Positions 30,656 to 38,944 of a stretch of DNA of 64,000 nt are shown here, one piece after another. The notes beneath the pieces are model-generated. The model saw nothing but the letters and a program-made list of their open reading frames with translations. It did no database searches and had not been told where the DNA came from. The stretch lies in IMG/VR virus record IMGVR_UViG_3300033757_000347. One strand, 5' to 3'. The position numbers were made by a program, and so were the translations under genes. Every line of letters starts with the position of its first letter. Positions within the stretch are counted from its first letter, which is position 1. The DNA is from a virus (lineage: Duplodnaviria; Caudoviricetes).

Positions 30656-30708
30656 CGTAGTTTACAGAGGTTTTGGTAAACAGACCGCATATAAATAAAA
30701 ATAAAGCA

Positions 30709-31176
30709 ATGCGGCTAAACCAAGAAATCGTAGACAAAATCAATGAAAATGCCAAGAACGTTAGCTCTGTTTTGGAACTTTCAGAAGTAACTGGAATCAG
30801 TAGAGTAACCCTAACCAAATATTGCAATTTGTTAGGAATACAAATTGAAGTCAAGTTACGAAAAATGAAAAGAACCGGAGGAGTAGCATTCAAATTGCTA
30901 GACATTCTCGAAGGAAAACATCCAGAATATCCGACATCGAAATTAAAAAGACGATTGATACTGGAAGGTTACAAAGAGGATCGATGCGAAGAATGTGGAA
31001 CTCCAGCAGAATGGAACGGTCGACCTTTATCATTACAAGTCGATCACATTGACGGAAATAACCGAAATCACAGACTTCAAAATCTGAGAATTTTGTGTCC
31101 AAACTGTCATTCACAAACGCATACGTTCGGAGCAAAAAACATTGTAAATAAGAAATCAAGCATAGTAAGGTCATAG
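30709..31176 (+). mobile_element. HNH homing endonuclease
   Basis: CEECG, LQVDHIDGNNRNHRLQNLRILCPNCH. Confidence 0.9.
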
Positions 31177-31292
31177 AGTTACTTCGATCACGAGTTCGAA
31201 TCTCGTACTGCGAAAGCGGTTAGGCAAGCGGTTAAGCCGTCAATCTGTAAAATTGACAACAACAAATACCTCTATCCAATGTTCTTGTTTGA
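31156..31292 (+). ncRNA. Y-like RNA C enclosing a circularly permuted tRNA-Tyr-like domain
   Basis: Module 5' strand, T arm, acceptor closed by GAAA, D arm, GTCAAT-CTGTAAA-ATTGAC, module 3' strand. Confidence 0.75.
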
Positions 31293-31299
31293 AACTTAT

Positions 31300-31368
31300 G
31301 GGCCGAATGCGACGGTTGGTGCGCGCCCCGTCCCACTGGTTATTGAGGGTTCGAATCCCTCTCGGTCC
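31300..31368 (+). pseudogene. Degenerate tRNA-like element
   Basis: GGGCCGA/TCGGTCC and a T arm are present; anticodon arm poorly paired. Confidence 0.45.
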
Positions 31369-31537
31369 TCGGATTTCCAGAAAAATACTCTTCGTATTCC
31401 CACATTTCGTAATCGCGACAAGACTTACAACGACGTAGTGGGAGATCGTTGAACACCAACGGTCTGGTATCTAATCTGACGAAATTGCCTTTCTCGTCAA
31501 TGATGCAGTCGCAGTGGTCGCAGTGGTACAAGTTCAT
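31340..31537 (-). CDS. Small Zn-finger protein antisense to the tRNA array
   Basis: CDHC..CKSC; GATAAATA just upstream on the minus strand. Confidence 0.5.
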   Translation of the reverse strand: MNLYHCDHCDCIIDEKGNFVRLDTRPLVFNDLPLRRCKSCRDYEMWEYEEYFSGNPRTERDSNPQ

Positions 31538-31624
31538 AGCAGTATTTATCGAAAATACTTCACTTCAATTATTTAACATCACCACTTTAGAGTGCAATGC
31601 TCAGATAAATAAAAATAAAGTGAA

Positions 31625-32017
31625 ATGAGAATAGTTGAAGATTTTGTAAGAGAAACGCCAAGGGATATTCGTAAGCAAATGTTAAAGCTTGATGAACCTT
31701 GCCACGAAAGAGGATTAAAGTATTCGACTCAGTTAATCGCACTAGTTGCTTATCATTACGATACGACGATGCCAGTAAATGGAAACACTCTAGTCGTTTG
31801 CCACGGTTGTCATAATTCAAAGTGCAGTAATCCAAATCACATGTATTGGGGTACAAAAGCTGACAATCAACTCGATGAATACGAAAACGGAGCAATATCA
31901 ATTTACGAACGAATGCTTAATAAGTACGGCAAAGAAAAAACGTCAAGCATGATGAAAAAGAATTCATCTAAAGGCGGTAAATCGCCAAGAAAAAATAAAG
32001 TGTTAATGGCCTCGTAG
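31625..32017 (+). mobile_element. HNH (His-Me finger) endonuclease
   Basis: VCHGCHNSKCSNPNHMYWGTKADN. Confidence 0.8.
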
Positions 32018-32092
32018 CTCAGTCAGGTTGCGCAAGCTTAGAGCTTCCGCCTTTTAAGCGGAAAGTCGTTGGTTCGAATCCAACCGGGGTCA
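32008..32092 (+). tRNA. tRNA-Lys(TTT) with enlarged D loop
   Basis: Loop CT-TTT-AA; extra hairpin in the D loop. Confidence 0.8.
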
Positions 32093-32137
32093 CAGATTGG
32101 AAAGGTTCGAGTCCCTCCGGGCCTACCAAAGAAATTT

Positions 32138-32214
32138 GGTCTCGTAGTAGAGTTGGTCACAATGTCTGCCTGTCACGCAGAAGGTCGCGGGTTCGAATCC
32201 CGTCGAGACCGCCA
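32138..32214 (+). tRNA. tRNA-Asp(GTC)
   Basis: Cloverleaf; GCCA end. Confidence 0.9.
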
Positions 32215-32220
32215 AAAAAT

Positions 32221-32299
32221 GGTATCGTAGTTCAGCCTGGTCTAGAATGCCTGCCTGTCACGCAGAGGGTCGAGGGTTCAAATCCCTTCGGTACCGCCA
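32221..32299 (+). tRNA. tRNA-Asp(GTC)
   Basis: Cloverleaf; GCCA end. Confidence 0.9.
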
Positions 32300-32304
32300 G
32301 TATT

Positions 32305-32413
32305 GATTTGTAGTGAGAAACAGAGTTTCATCGTTGGTTATCACAGGTTCGAATCCTGTACCAAGCTTCCATAATGCTTAGTATCAAGTCACTCTTTTCG
32401 GCTTTCTCAAATC
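32305..32413 (+). ncRNA. Y-like RNA D
   Basis: GATTTG-TAGTGA-GAAA(C)AGAGT..ACTCT-TTTC-GGCTTTCT-CAAATC enclosing a T arm and a hairpin. Confidence 0.7.
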
Positions 32414-32473
32414 TTTAATCAAAACAAAAGGGTGTAAGTTCGAATATAAATAAAATAAACAATAAACGAACTT

Positions 32474-33193
32474 ATGAAAATCTGTGAAAACTGTCAATGT
32501 GAACATAATGGAAGTTACGGTTCCGGACGATTTTGTTCAGAAAAATGTTCTAGATCCTTCGTTACTAAAGCAAAGCGTAAGGAAATAAACGAAAAAATTA
32601 GTAAAAAATTAAGTAATCTAGGACACGCACCAATAATTAAATTATGCAGCGTTTGTAACAATCAATTTACGGTAAACTGGGCAAAGAGAACTCAACAATA
32701 TTGTTCAAAAAAATGTTCAGGTAAAATAAATGGTATACTTGGAGGTAATGCTATTAAATCAAATACTTCAGCAATGGGAGGATTTAGACCAAATGGAGGA
32801 AGGCCTAAAACTTTTACATACGTTAATTGGTTAAATGAAAAAATGTCTTTAAACAAAGATGAAATTCTAGTTGCTAAAGTATTAGATCATTTAAAAATCA
32901 AGTGGAATAGAAATTTAGTTGGGTTCGATTATGTAGACATTGATGGTAAAATTAGAAAATACTATCCAGATTTTTATATTTCGGATTTTAATACTTACGT
33001 TGAGTATAAGGGTTGGTTAAATGAAAAAATATTACATAAGATGAATGATGCGATAAACAAAAATTCATTGAAACTAGTCATTATTTACTCAAATGATAAG
33101 AGATATAATAAATTGGGGTTAAGCTTACGAGAATTAGAAATCAACCCAGAATTATTAATACAAAAATGCGTCTATGGTGAAATGGTATCATAA
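32474..33193 (+). mobile_element. PD-(D/E)xK homing endonuclease with Zn fingers
   Basis: FCSEKC, YYPDF, YVEYKG; AT-rich. Confidence 0.8.
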
Positions 33194-33241
33194 TGGTCTC
33201 CAAAACCACAGTTCTCTGTTCGAATCGGAGTAGGCGTGCCA
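33168..33241 (+). tRNA. tRNA-Trp(CCA)
   Basis: Loop CT-CCA-AA; GCCA end. Confidence 0.85.
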
Positions 33242-33251
33242 CATTATTAAT

Positions 33252-33324
33252 GCCTCTTTAGCTCAGACGGTAGAGCGACTGTTTCGTACTCAGTAGGTCG
33301 TCGGTTCGATTCCGGCATGAGGCT
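33252..33324 (+). tRNA. tRNA-Thr(CGT)
   Basis: Loop TT-CGT-AC. Confidence 0.85.
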
Positions 33325-33330
33325 CTCAAC

Positions 33331-33406
33331 GCCTTTGTAGCTCAGCTGATAGAGCCACTGATTTGTACTCAGAAGGTCGGGGGTTTGAATCCCTCCAAAG
33401 GCTCCA
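33331..33406 (+). tRNA. tRNA-Thr(TGT)
   Basis: Loop TT-TGT-AC; CCA end. Confidence 0.85.
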
Positions 33407-33412
33407 CAAAAT

Positions 33413-33619
33413 CACCTCTTAGCTCAGCGGTTAGAGCGTCCGGTTGAGGGCCGGAACTTGAGGACTTCGGTAAGGTACTCGTTTACTTTTGCGCAGAGGT
33501 AACCGATGAAGTAGCCGGGAGAGTCAAGGTAGACGAACCTGAAAATCAAGATGAGGGTACCCGAATCAAGACCATACGGTGTAGTCGAGAAGTCAGAGGT
33601 TCAAATCCTCTAGGGGTGT
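33413..33619 (+). ncRNA. tRNA-like RNA (GAG anticodon) with an about 135-nt insertion in the variable region
   Basis: CACCTCT/AGGGGTG, D arm, TCCGG-TTGAGGG-CCGGA, T arm AGAGG-TTCAAAT-CCTCT. Confidence 0.65.
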
Positions 33620-33744
33620 CGATGAGCCGGCAGGCCACCGGATCGTAGTTCCTCGCTTTCCCTGATCGTAAGGTCAAACGACGAGCCGCACCGTAAGGCG
33701 GACGGGTTGGCAACTCCCGCTGACATTGAACAAAGTTGCATAAC

Positions 33745-33821
33745 GGGCATATAGCTCAGTTGGTTAGAGCATCTGACTGATATTCAGAAGGCCGTAGGTT
33801 CGACTCCTACTTTGCCCACCA
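33745..33821 (+). tRNA. tRNA-Ile(GAT)
   Basis: Cloverleaf; ACCA end. Confidence 0.9.
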
Positions 33822-33828
33822 ATAAATT

Positions 33829-33904
33829 CGAGTAGTAGCGCAGCTGGTAGCGTACAACGTTCGGGACGTTGGGGTCGGAGGTTCGAACCCTCTCTACTCG
33901 ACCA
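33829..33904 (+). tRNA. tRNA-Pro(CGG)
   Basis: Loop TT-CGG-GA. Confidence 0.9.
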
Positions 33905-33916
33905 ATATTAAACTAA

Positions 33917-33990
33917 CGAGTAGTGGCGCAGCTGGCTAGCGTTCTTGATTTGGGATCAAGGGGTCGGAGGTTCGAATCCTCTCTACTCGA
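33917..33990 (+). tRNA. tRNA-Pro(TGG)
   Basis: Loop TT-TGG-GA. Confidence 0.9.
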
Positions 33991-33992
33991 CT

Positions 33993-34103
33993 AAGTAGTA
34001 GTAATGGATAGAGTTACTTCGTCGCCTAACGGTAAGGCAATTGTCTCTTAAACAATCGATGCGGTTCAAATCCGCCTGTTTACTCTCCCGACTTTCTCTA
34101 CTT
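33993..34103 (+). ncRNA. Y-like RNA E (module replaces the acceptor stem; Lys CTT anticodon)
   Basis: D arm, ATTGT-CTCTTAA-ACAAT, T arm, enclosed by AGAGTTACTTCG..ACTCT-CCCGACTTTCT. Confidence 0.75.
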
Positions 34104-34148
34104 TATTTTAACCGCAGTCTTAGATAAATAGAACTAAACTACGGTCAA

Positions 34149-34739
34149 ATGTATCATATCATCTATAAGATTACGAACCTAAAGAATAATAAGATTTATG
34201 TTGGGTATCATGGAACAGAAAATCTTTCAGATTCCTACATGGGTTCAGGGAAAGCAATAAAACTTGCAATACGAAAAACCGGAATAGAAAATTTTGCTAA
34301 AGAAATTTTATACGTTTATCCAACTAAGGAAGAAGCCATTGCTAAAGAGATTGAAATAGTAAATGAAGCTTTTATCGCTAGGAAAGATACCTATAATATC
34401 AAGTTGGGCGGTACTGGAGGTTGGGAACATACGTGGAACGATCCAAAAAGAATCGAAGGAATTAAGAAATCGTTTGAAACAGGTAGAAATAAAGGTTGGC
34501 CGCTATCAGCAGAGGCCAGACAAAAACTCGGAAAATCTTCATTCAAAGGAAAACATCATTCGTTTGAAACTAAAAAGAAAATAAGTGATTCTAAAAAAAT
34601 GAATGAAGTTGACTCATTAAAAAGATTGAAAGAATACCAAAGTATTGATAAATCTTGGGGTTGGATAACTAAATTAGCAAAAAGTTGGGGGATAACGAAT
34701 ACCCAAGTTAAAAGATACATTAAATCAATGGGGATTTAG
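34149..34739 (+). mobile_element. GIY-YIG (Seg-like) homing endonuclease
   Basis: IYKITNLKNNKIYVG, YMGSG, YNIKLGG. Confidence 0.85.
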
Positions 34740-34806
34740 CTCAGATGGCCAGAGCGCCTGCCCTGCAAGCAGGATGTCACGAGTTCGACTCTCGTAATCT
34801 CCACCA
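34730..34806 (+). tRNA. tRNA-Ala(TGC)
   Basis: G3:U70; ACCA end. Confidence 0.85.
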
Positions 34807-34814
34807 CACTAAAT

Positions 34815-34884
34815 GGGCGCGATCCCGAAGGCAGGGCGCTTCACTTGCAATGAAGATGATTGGGTTCAATTCCCACGTGGTCCA
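34815..34884 (+). tRNA. tRNA-Ala(TGC), atypical
   Basis: CTTCA-CTTGCAA-TGAAG; imperfect acceptor stem and D arm. Confidence 0.55.
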
Positions 34885-34888
34885 CTAC

Positions 34889-34974
34889 AAGAAGTAGCAA
34901 GGAACAGAGATACTTCGAAATCAAACGGTGAATTTGAAACTTCCAAAAGATGCTCTTTCCAACATTCTCTTCTT
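34889..34974 (+). ncRNA. Y-like RNA F (module plus one anticodon-like hairpin)
   Basis: GGAA(C)AGAG/CTCTTTCC bulged helix; TCAAA-CGGTGAA-TTTGA. Confidence 0.65.
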
Positions 34975-34980
34975 CGTTTT

Positions 34981-35056
34981 GCTCCCGTAGCTCAGGGGTT
35001 AGAGCAGGAAGCTTATACCTTCAAGGTCGGTGGTTCAATTCCATCCGGGAGTACCA
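34981..35056 (+). tRNA. tRNA-Ile(TAT)
   Basis: Loop CT-TAT-AC; ACCA end. Confidence 0.8.
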
Positions 35057-35059
35057 CAT

Positions 35060-35134
35060 GCTCCGTTCGTCTAGTCGGCCAAGGACGTCAGGTTTTCATC
35101 CTGGAGATCAGGGGTTCGAATCCCCTACGGAGTA
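35060..35134 (+). tRNA. tRNA-Glu(TTC)
   Basis: Loop TT-TTC-AT. Confidence 0.85.
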
Positions 35135-35147
35135 CGCAAAGCCAAAT

Positions 35148-35221
35148 GGTCCTGTAGACGAACAGGTTAAGTCGTTGCCCTTTCAAGGCAAAGGTTGCGG
35201 GTTCGAGCCCCGTCGGGACTA
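35148..35221 (+). tRNA. tRNA-Glu(TTC)
   Basis: Loop CT-TTC-AA. Confidence 0.85.
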
Positions 35222-35230
35222 CTCAAAATT

Positions 35231-35304
35231 GATCGTATAGCTCAGTTGGTTAGAGCGCTTCCGTGACATGGAAGAGGCCGTAGGTTCGAATCCCACTATG
35301 ATCA
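35231..35304 (+). tRNA. tRNA-Val(GAC)
   Basis: Cloverleaf. Confidence 0.85.
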
Positions 35305-35309
35305 CACAA

Positions 35310-35387
35310 GCTCTCTTAACTCAGTTGGTTCAGAGTGTCACTCTTACAAAGTGAAAGTCGTAAGTTCGAATCTTACAGAGAGCACCA
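35310..35387 (+). tRNA. tRNA-Val(TAC)
   Basis: Cloverleaf; ACCA end. Confidence 0.9.
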
Positions 35388-35393
35388 ATAATT

Positions 35394-35469
35394 GGAAGCG
35401 TAGCTCAGTCGGTAGAGCGCAAGCCTGAAGAGCTTGGCGTCGGCGGTTCGATTCCGTCCGTTTCCACCA
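35394..35469 (+). tRNA. tRNA-Phe(GAA)
   Basis: Cloverleaf; ACCA end. Confidence 0.9.
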
Positions 35470-35472
35470 CAT

Positions 35473-35544
35473 TGCGGGGTAGAGCAGAGGTAGCTCGTGA
35501 GACTCATAATCTCAAGGTCGTGGGTTCGACCCCCACTCCCGCTA
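35473..35544 (+). tRNA. tRNA-Met(CAT), initiator-like
   Basis: Unpaired 1:72; fMet-type D arm. Confidence 0.8.
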
Positions 35545-35607
35545 CTAAACGCAGTCGGATGGTAACTCCAAAGAACGGTTCGCCGTGTTGCCGGAGGGCT
35601 GCTCCAT

Positions 35608-35679
35608 GCCGAGGTAGTTCAGAGGCAGAACAGTTGAATCATAATCAACAAGTCGGGATTTCAAAATTCCCCCTCGGTA
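35608..35679 (+). tRNA. tRNA-Met/Ile2(CAT)
   Basis: GTTGA-ATCATAA-TCAAC. Confidence 0.75.
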
Positions 35680-35688
35680 CTAAGATTT

Positions 35689-35779
35689 GGAGAGGTGTCC
35701 GAGCGGCCGAAGGAGCATATCTGGAAAGTATGTGATCGCCAAAAGCGGTTCATGGGTTCGAATCCCATTCTCTCCGCCA
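35689..35779 (+). tRNA. tRNA-Ser(GGA)
   Basis: Long variable arm; GCCA end. Confidence 0.9.
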
Positions 35780-35785
35780 AAACAT

Positions 35786-35868
35786 GCTCTCATGGCGGAA
35801 TAGGTAGACGCGAGGGTCTTAAAAACCCTTGTCCGTAGGGCGTGTCGGTTCGATTCCGACTGGGAGTA
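35786..35868 (+). tRNA. tRNA-Leu(TAA)
   Basis: Leu-type D arm; long variable arm. Confidence 0.9.
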
Positions 35869-35876
35869 CTAAATTT

Positions 35877-35958
35877 GCCCGTATGGCGGAACTGGTAGAC
35901 GCGCTGCACTCAAAACGCAGTTTCGAAAGGAGTGTCGGTTCGACTCCGACTATGGGTA
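35877..35958 (+). tRNA. tRNA-Leu(CAA)
   Basis: Leu-type D arm; long variable arm. Confidence 0.9.
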
Positions 35959-36023
35959 CAAAACAGTAGAGTGGTAACTTTTATTATCGCTATTCATATA
36001 AATAAAAGAAAACACTCTACCTA

Positions 36024-36626
36024 ATGTTACCAAAGGATAAAGAATGTCCATTTTGTCATAAATTTTATTCTACTGCAGGAATAGGTACACATATTTGGAG
36101 AAACCACGGAGAAGGCAAACAACACGATCCAAATATTAATTACAAAAATGGACGTATTGTGTGGAATAAAAACTTAACCAAAGAAACTAACGAAAGTGTT
36201 AAAAGCATGGCTGAAAAACAAAAAGCTTTGGTTAGACCTAAAAAATCTGAAGAAACTCGTAAAAAAATATCGATTGCTGCAAAAGCTAGAGGATTTGGAG
36301 GGTATCGGCCTCACCCAAATAGAGGCGAACGATACAAAGGAATTTGGTTTGATTCCAAATGGGAAGTTAAAGTTGCTAAATCTTTAGACGAAAATCAAAT
36401 AAGATGGGAAAGACCGAAAATCGGATTTGTTTGGTCTGACGCCGGAAATAAGTACTATCCTGATTTTTATCTTATAGATTACGACGTATATTTGGATCCT
36501 AAAAATTCGTATTTGATGATTAAGGACGCTGAAAAAATACACGAATCTCAAAAACGAAACAATATTAAAGTTCTAGTATTAACTGAACACTTCCTTAATT
36601 GGGAAAAAATAAAATTGCTCTTGTAG
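36024..36626 (+). mobile_element. PD-(D/E)xK homing endonuclease
   Basis: FDSKWE, YYPDF, YLDPKN; NUMOD-like SEETRKKIS. Confidence 0.8.
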
Positions 36627-36687
36627 TTAAATGGCATAACGCATCCTTGGTAAGGATGAATTTCGAGTTCGATTCTCGATTTGAGCT
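36617..36687 (+). tRNA. tRNA-Thr(GGT)
   Basis: CATCC-TTGGTAA-GGATG. Confidence 0.8.
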
Positions 36688-36690
36688 CAC

Positions 36691-36886
36691 AGTTAATCGA
36701 AAGTACTTAACGCGGGAAACTGAGGAAATTGGTGCCACCTTTGCTGGTTGTCGGAGCTTAACAGCGTTCGTACGACATTGGTGCAAGTCAAACAGGCTTA
36801 GAGGGTCAGCAACTCTACGATAGCCGGGTTGATGCTAAGATAAATGTTAGGTGAGAAACAGAAGTCCAATTACGAAACGATTAACT
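36691..36886 (+). ncRNA. rnpB: Minimal RNase P RNA-like ribozyme (about 196 nt)
   Basis: P1 AGTTAATCG/CGATTAACT; P2 ACTTAAC/GTTAGGT; GAGGAAATTGG and AAACAGAAGTCCAATTA (P4); GGTGCAAG; AGATAAATG. Confidence 0.75.
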
Positions 36887-36890
36887 TTTT

Positions 36891-36962
36891 GCAGGAATAG
36901 CTCAGAGGTAGAGCATCTCGTTGCCAACGAGAGGGTCGTGAGTCCGATTCTCATTTCCTGCT
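36891..36962 (+). tRNA. tRNA-Gly(GCC)
   Basis: Loop TT-GCC-AA; U73. Confidence 0.85.
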
Positions 36963-37016
36963 CAGATCAAGGTTAAGTGCAAAGGTTCACATATAAATAA
37001 AATAAAGTGATTTTGC

Positions 37017-37622
37017 ATGAAAACCAAAAGAGAATTGATAAACGAAAAAATAAGTAAATCATTAAAAGGTAGAGGAAATCCTAAATCTATAAAGATTTGC
37101 GAACACTGTCAAACTAAATTTGAAGTAGAATGGCGAAAACGAAACCAAAGATTCTGCAGTCGATCGTGTAGAGCAAAATCCATAAAGTTTTCAACCGAAT
37201 CAATTCAGAAAATGTCTATTAGTAAGAGCGGAGAAAACAATCCAATGTTTGGGGTTTCACCGAAAAATACTAAGAAAATTGAAGTTTATTCAGAAAAACA
37301 TTTAGGTAATAAGCAGTTCTTAGTAAGATCCACTTATGAAAAAGAATACGTTGATACTCTTACTTCTAATCCTAAAGTCGTATCTTTTGAATATGAACCT
37401 CGTAAATTCAAGTGCAAGTATTTCATAAATGGAAAATACCGAACGTATCAACCAGATTTCTTGGTAAATGAAATAGACCGGGAATACGTTATTGAAATAA
37501 AAGCAAGTTGGCAAATAGAAAGTGAAGAAACACAGCTTAAAGCTAACGCATTTAGATCAACTCATCTAATCAATTATGAAATAATTACTGACACATGCAG
37601 AAAGAGTGTATACGGAAACTGA
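37017..37622 (+). mobile_element. TnsA-N-like homing endonuclease
   Basis: VRSTYE, FEYEP, YQPDF, IEIKA. Confidence 0.8.
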
Positions 37623-37689
37623 TCAACCGTGTGGCATACCGACCTTGCCAGGTCGGGGAGCGAGGCTAACGATCTCGCAATCTGCTCCA
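37597..37689 (+). ncRNA. Degenerate tRNA-Gly-like RNA ending TCCA
   Basis: GCAGA/TCTGC-TCCA; CCGACC-TTGCCA-GGTCGG; non-canonical D and T arms. Confidence 0.45.
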
Positions 37690-37750
37690 ACTAAAGAGGA
37701 ACAACTTGTGCAGGTGCCTCAGGGGACTGCAGCCCCACTGCACTCTACAC

Positions 37751-37824
37751 TGTCCTATGGCGTAACTGGCTATCGCGCATGACTCTGGATCATGAGATTC
37801 TAGGTTCGAACCCTAGTAGGACAA
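37751..37824 (+). tRNA. tRNA-Gln(CTG)
   Basis: Loop CT-CTG-GA. Confidence 0.85.
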
Positions 37825-37845
37825 CATACAAATTTGCTAGTACAC

Positions 37846-37920
37846 TGCCCTCTAGCGTAATGGTATCGTGTCTGACTTTGGATCAGGAGATTGGGAGTTC
37901 GAGTCTCCCGGGGGCAACCA
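37846..37920 (+). tRNA. tRNA-Gln(TTG)
   Basis: Loop CT-TTG-GA; ACCA end. Confidence 0.85.
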
Positions 37921-38121
37921 AACTTAACAATTAAAACAGCAAACACACTAGAAAAAAGAACTTACGTTGATGAGATCAACGAAGTTACGATAGAATTTTA
38001 CAGTGATGCCAAACAGTCTACTATAAATTCGCTATCTTTTAACGGCGAGTGGTACACAGTACGAAAAATATTGGTAGATTGGGGTTATCAAGTAGTAGAA
38101 AAACCTACTGTCAACTGATTC

Positions 38122-38208
38122 GGAAGAGTACTCAAGCGGTTTACGAGACCTGTCTTGAAAACAGGCGATCATGAAAGTGGTCCGGGGGTTCGAATCCCTC
38201 CTCTTCCG
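38122..38208 (+). tRNA. tRNA-Ser(TGA)
   Basis: Long variable arm; G73. Confidence 0.9.
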
Positions 38209-38215
38209 CGTAAAT

Positions 38216-38302
38216 GGAAAGGTGCTAGAGAGGTCGATTAGGCTTGTCTCGAAAACAAGTGATCGGGTGACCGGTCCCAGGGTTCGAATCCCTGCCTTTC
38301 CG
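38216..38302 (+). tRNA. tRNA-Ser(CGA)
   Basis: Long variable arm; G73. Confidence 0.9.
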
Positions 38303-38591
38303 CACTAAAGATAAAGTTAGCAGGACCGCAGATCCTGTTAAAATCCTGGATCCGAGCCGCGTTCGACAACCGCTGCGGGTTATCGATCGAACAACGGTGA
38401 AAGGGGTTTCGAGTTGCATGGGACGCTGCCCTTTAATGTTCAATGGGATTTAGAATGAAACCAAGTACTGAAGTCTAACGACGGAGGGACGGTGCGCTGA
38501 TTCAAAAATCTCTCGAGACATTTTAACCGTTTGGAATAACGGAGCCCAGATGGGAGAGAGTACGAGGCTCTCCTCGAAACCGAATCAAAAT

Positions 38592-38675
38592 GCCCAAGTG
38601 GCGGAACTGGTAGACGCGCTAGGTTGAGGGCCTAGTGTCCGGTAGGACGTAGGGGTTCGAGTCCCCTCTTAGGTA
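38592..38675 (+). tRNA. tRNA-Leu(GAG)
   Basis: Loop TT-GAG-GG. Confidence 0.9.
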
Positions 38676-38676
38676 C

Positions 38677-38831
38677 AAAAGTAATAGCGATTGGAAACAG
38701 TTACTTCGCTTTAGGAGCCGGTACACTGGAGGTTCGAGTCCTTCCCTGGAGACCAAACAACAGATCCTCTTCAGGTGGCGGAATTGGTAGACGCGCCGTA
38801 AACGTTACTGTCCAAAACATTCTTTACTTTT
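38677..38831 (+). ncRNA. Y-like RNA G enclosing a permuted tRNA-Leu (3' half, linker, 5' half)
   Basis: TTTAGGA..T arm..CCTGGAGA-CCA linker TCTTCAGG-TGGCGGAATTGGTAGACGC inside the module. Confidence 0.75.
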
Positions 38832-38835
38832 ACTT

Positions 38836-38919
38836 GCTCGTATGGCGGAATTGGTAGACGCGCTGCGTTCAGGGCGCAGTGTTCTTAAGAGCGTGTCGGT
38901 TCGAGTCCGACTATGAGTA
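38836..38919 (+). tRNA. tRNA-Leu(CAG)
   Basis: Loop TT-CAG-GG. Confidence 0.9.
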
Positions 38920-38944
38920 CTGAGTATAAGAAAATAAAAAGCCA

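Noticed and set aside
33413-33619. tmRNA
   Set aside because: It retains a D stem and anticodon arm and lacks the G3:U70 alanine acceptor and a recognisable tag ORF
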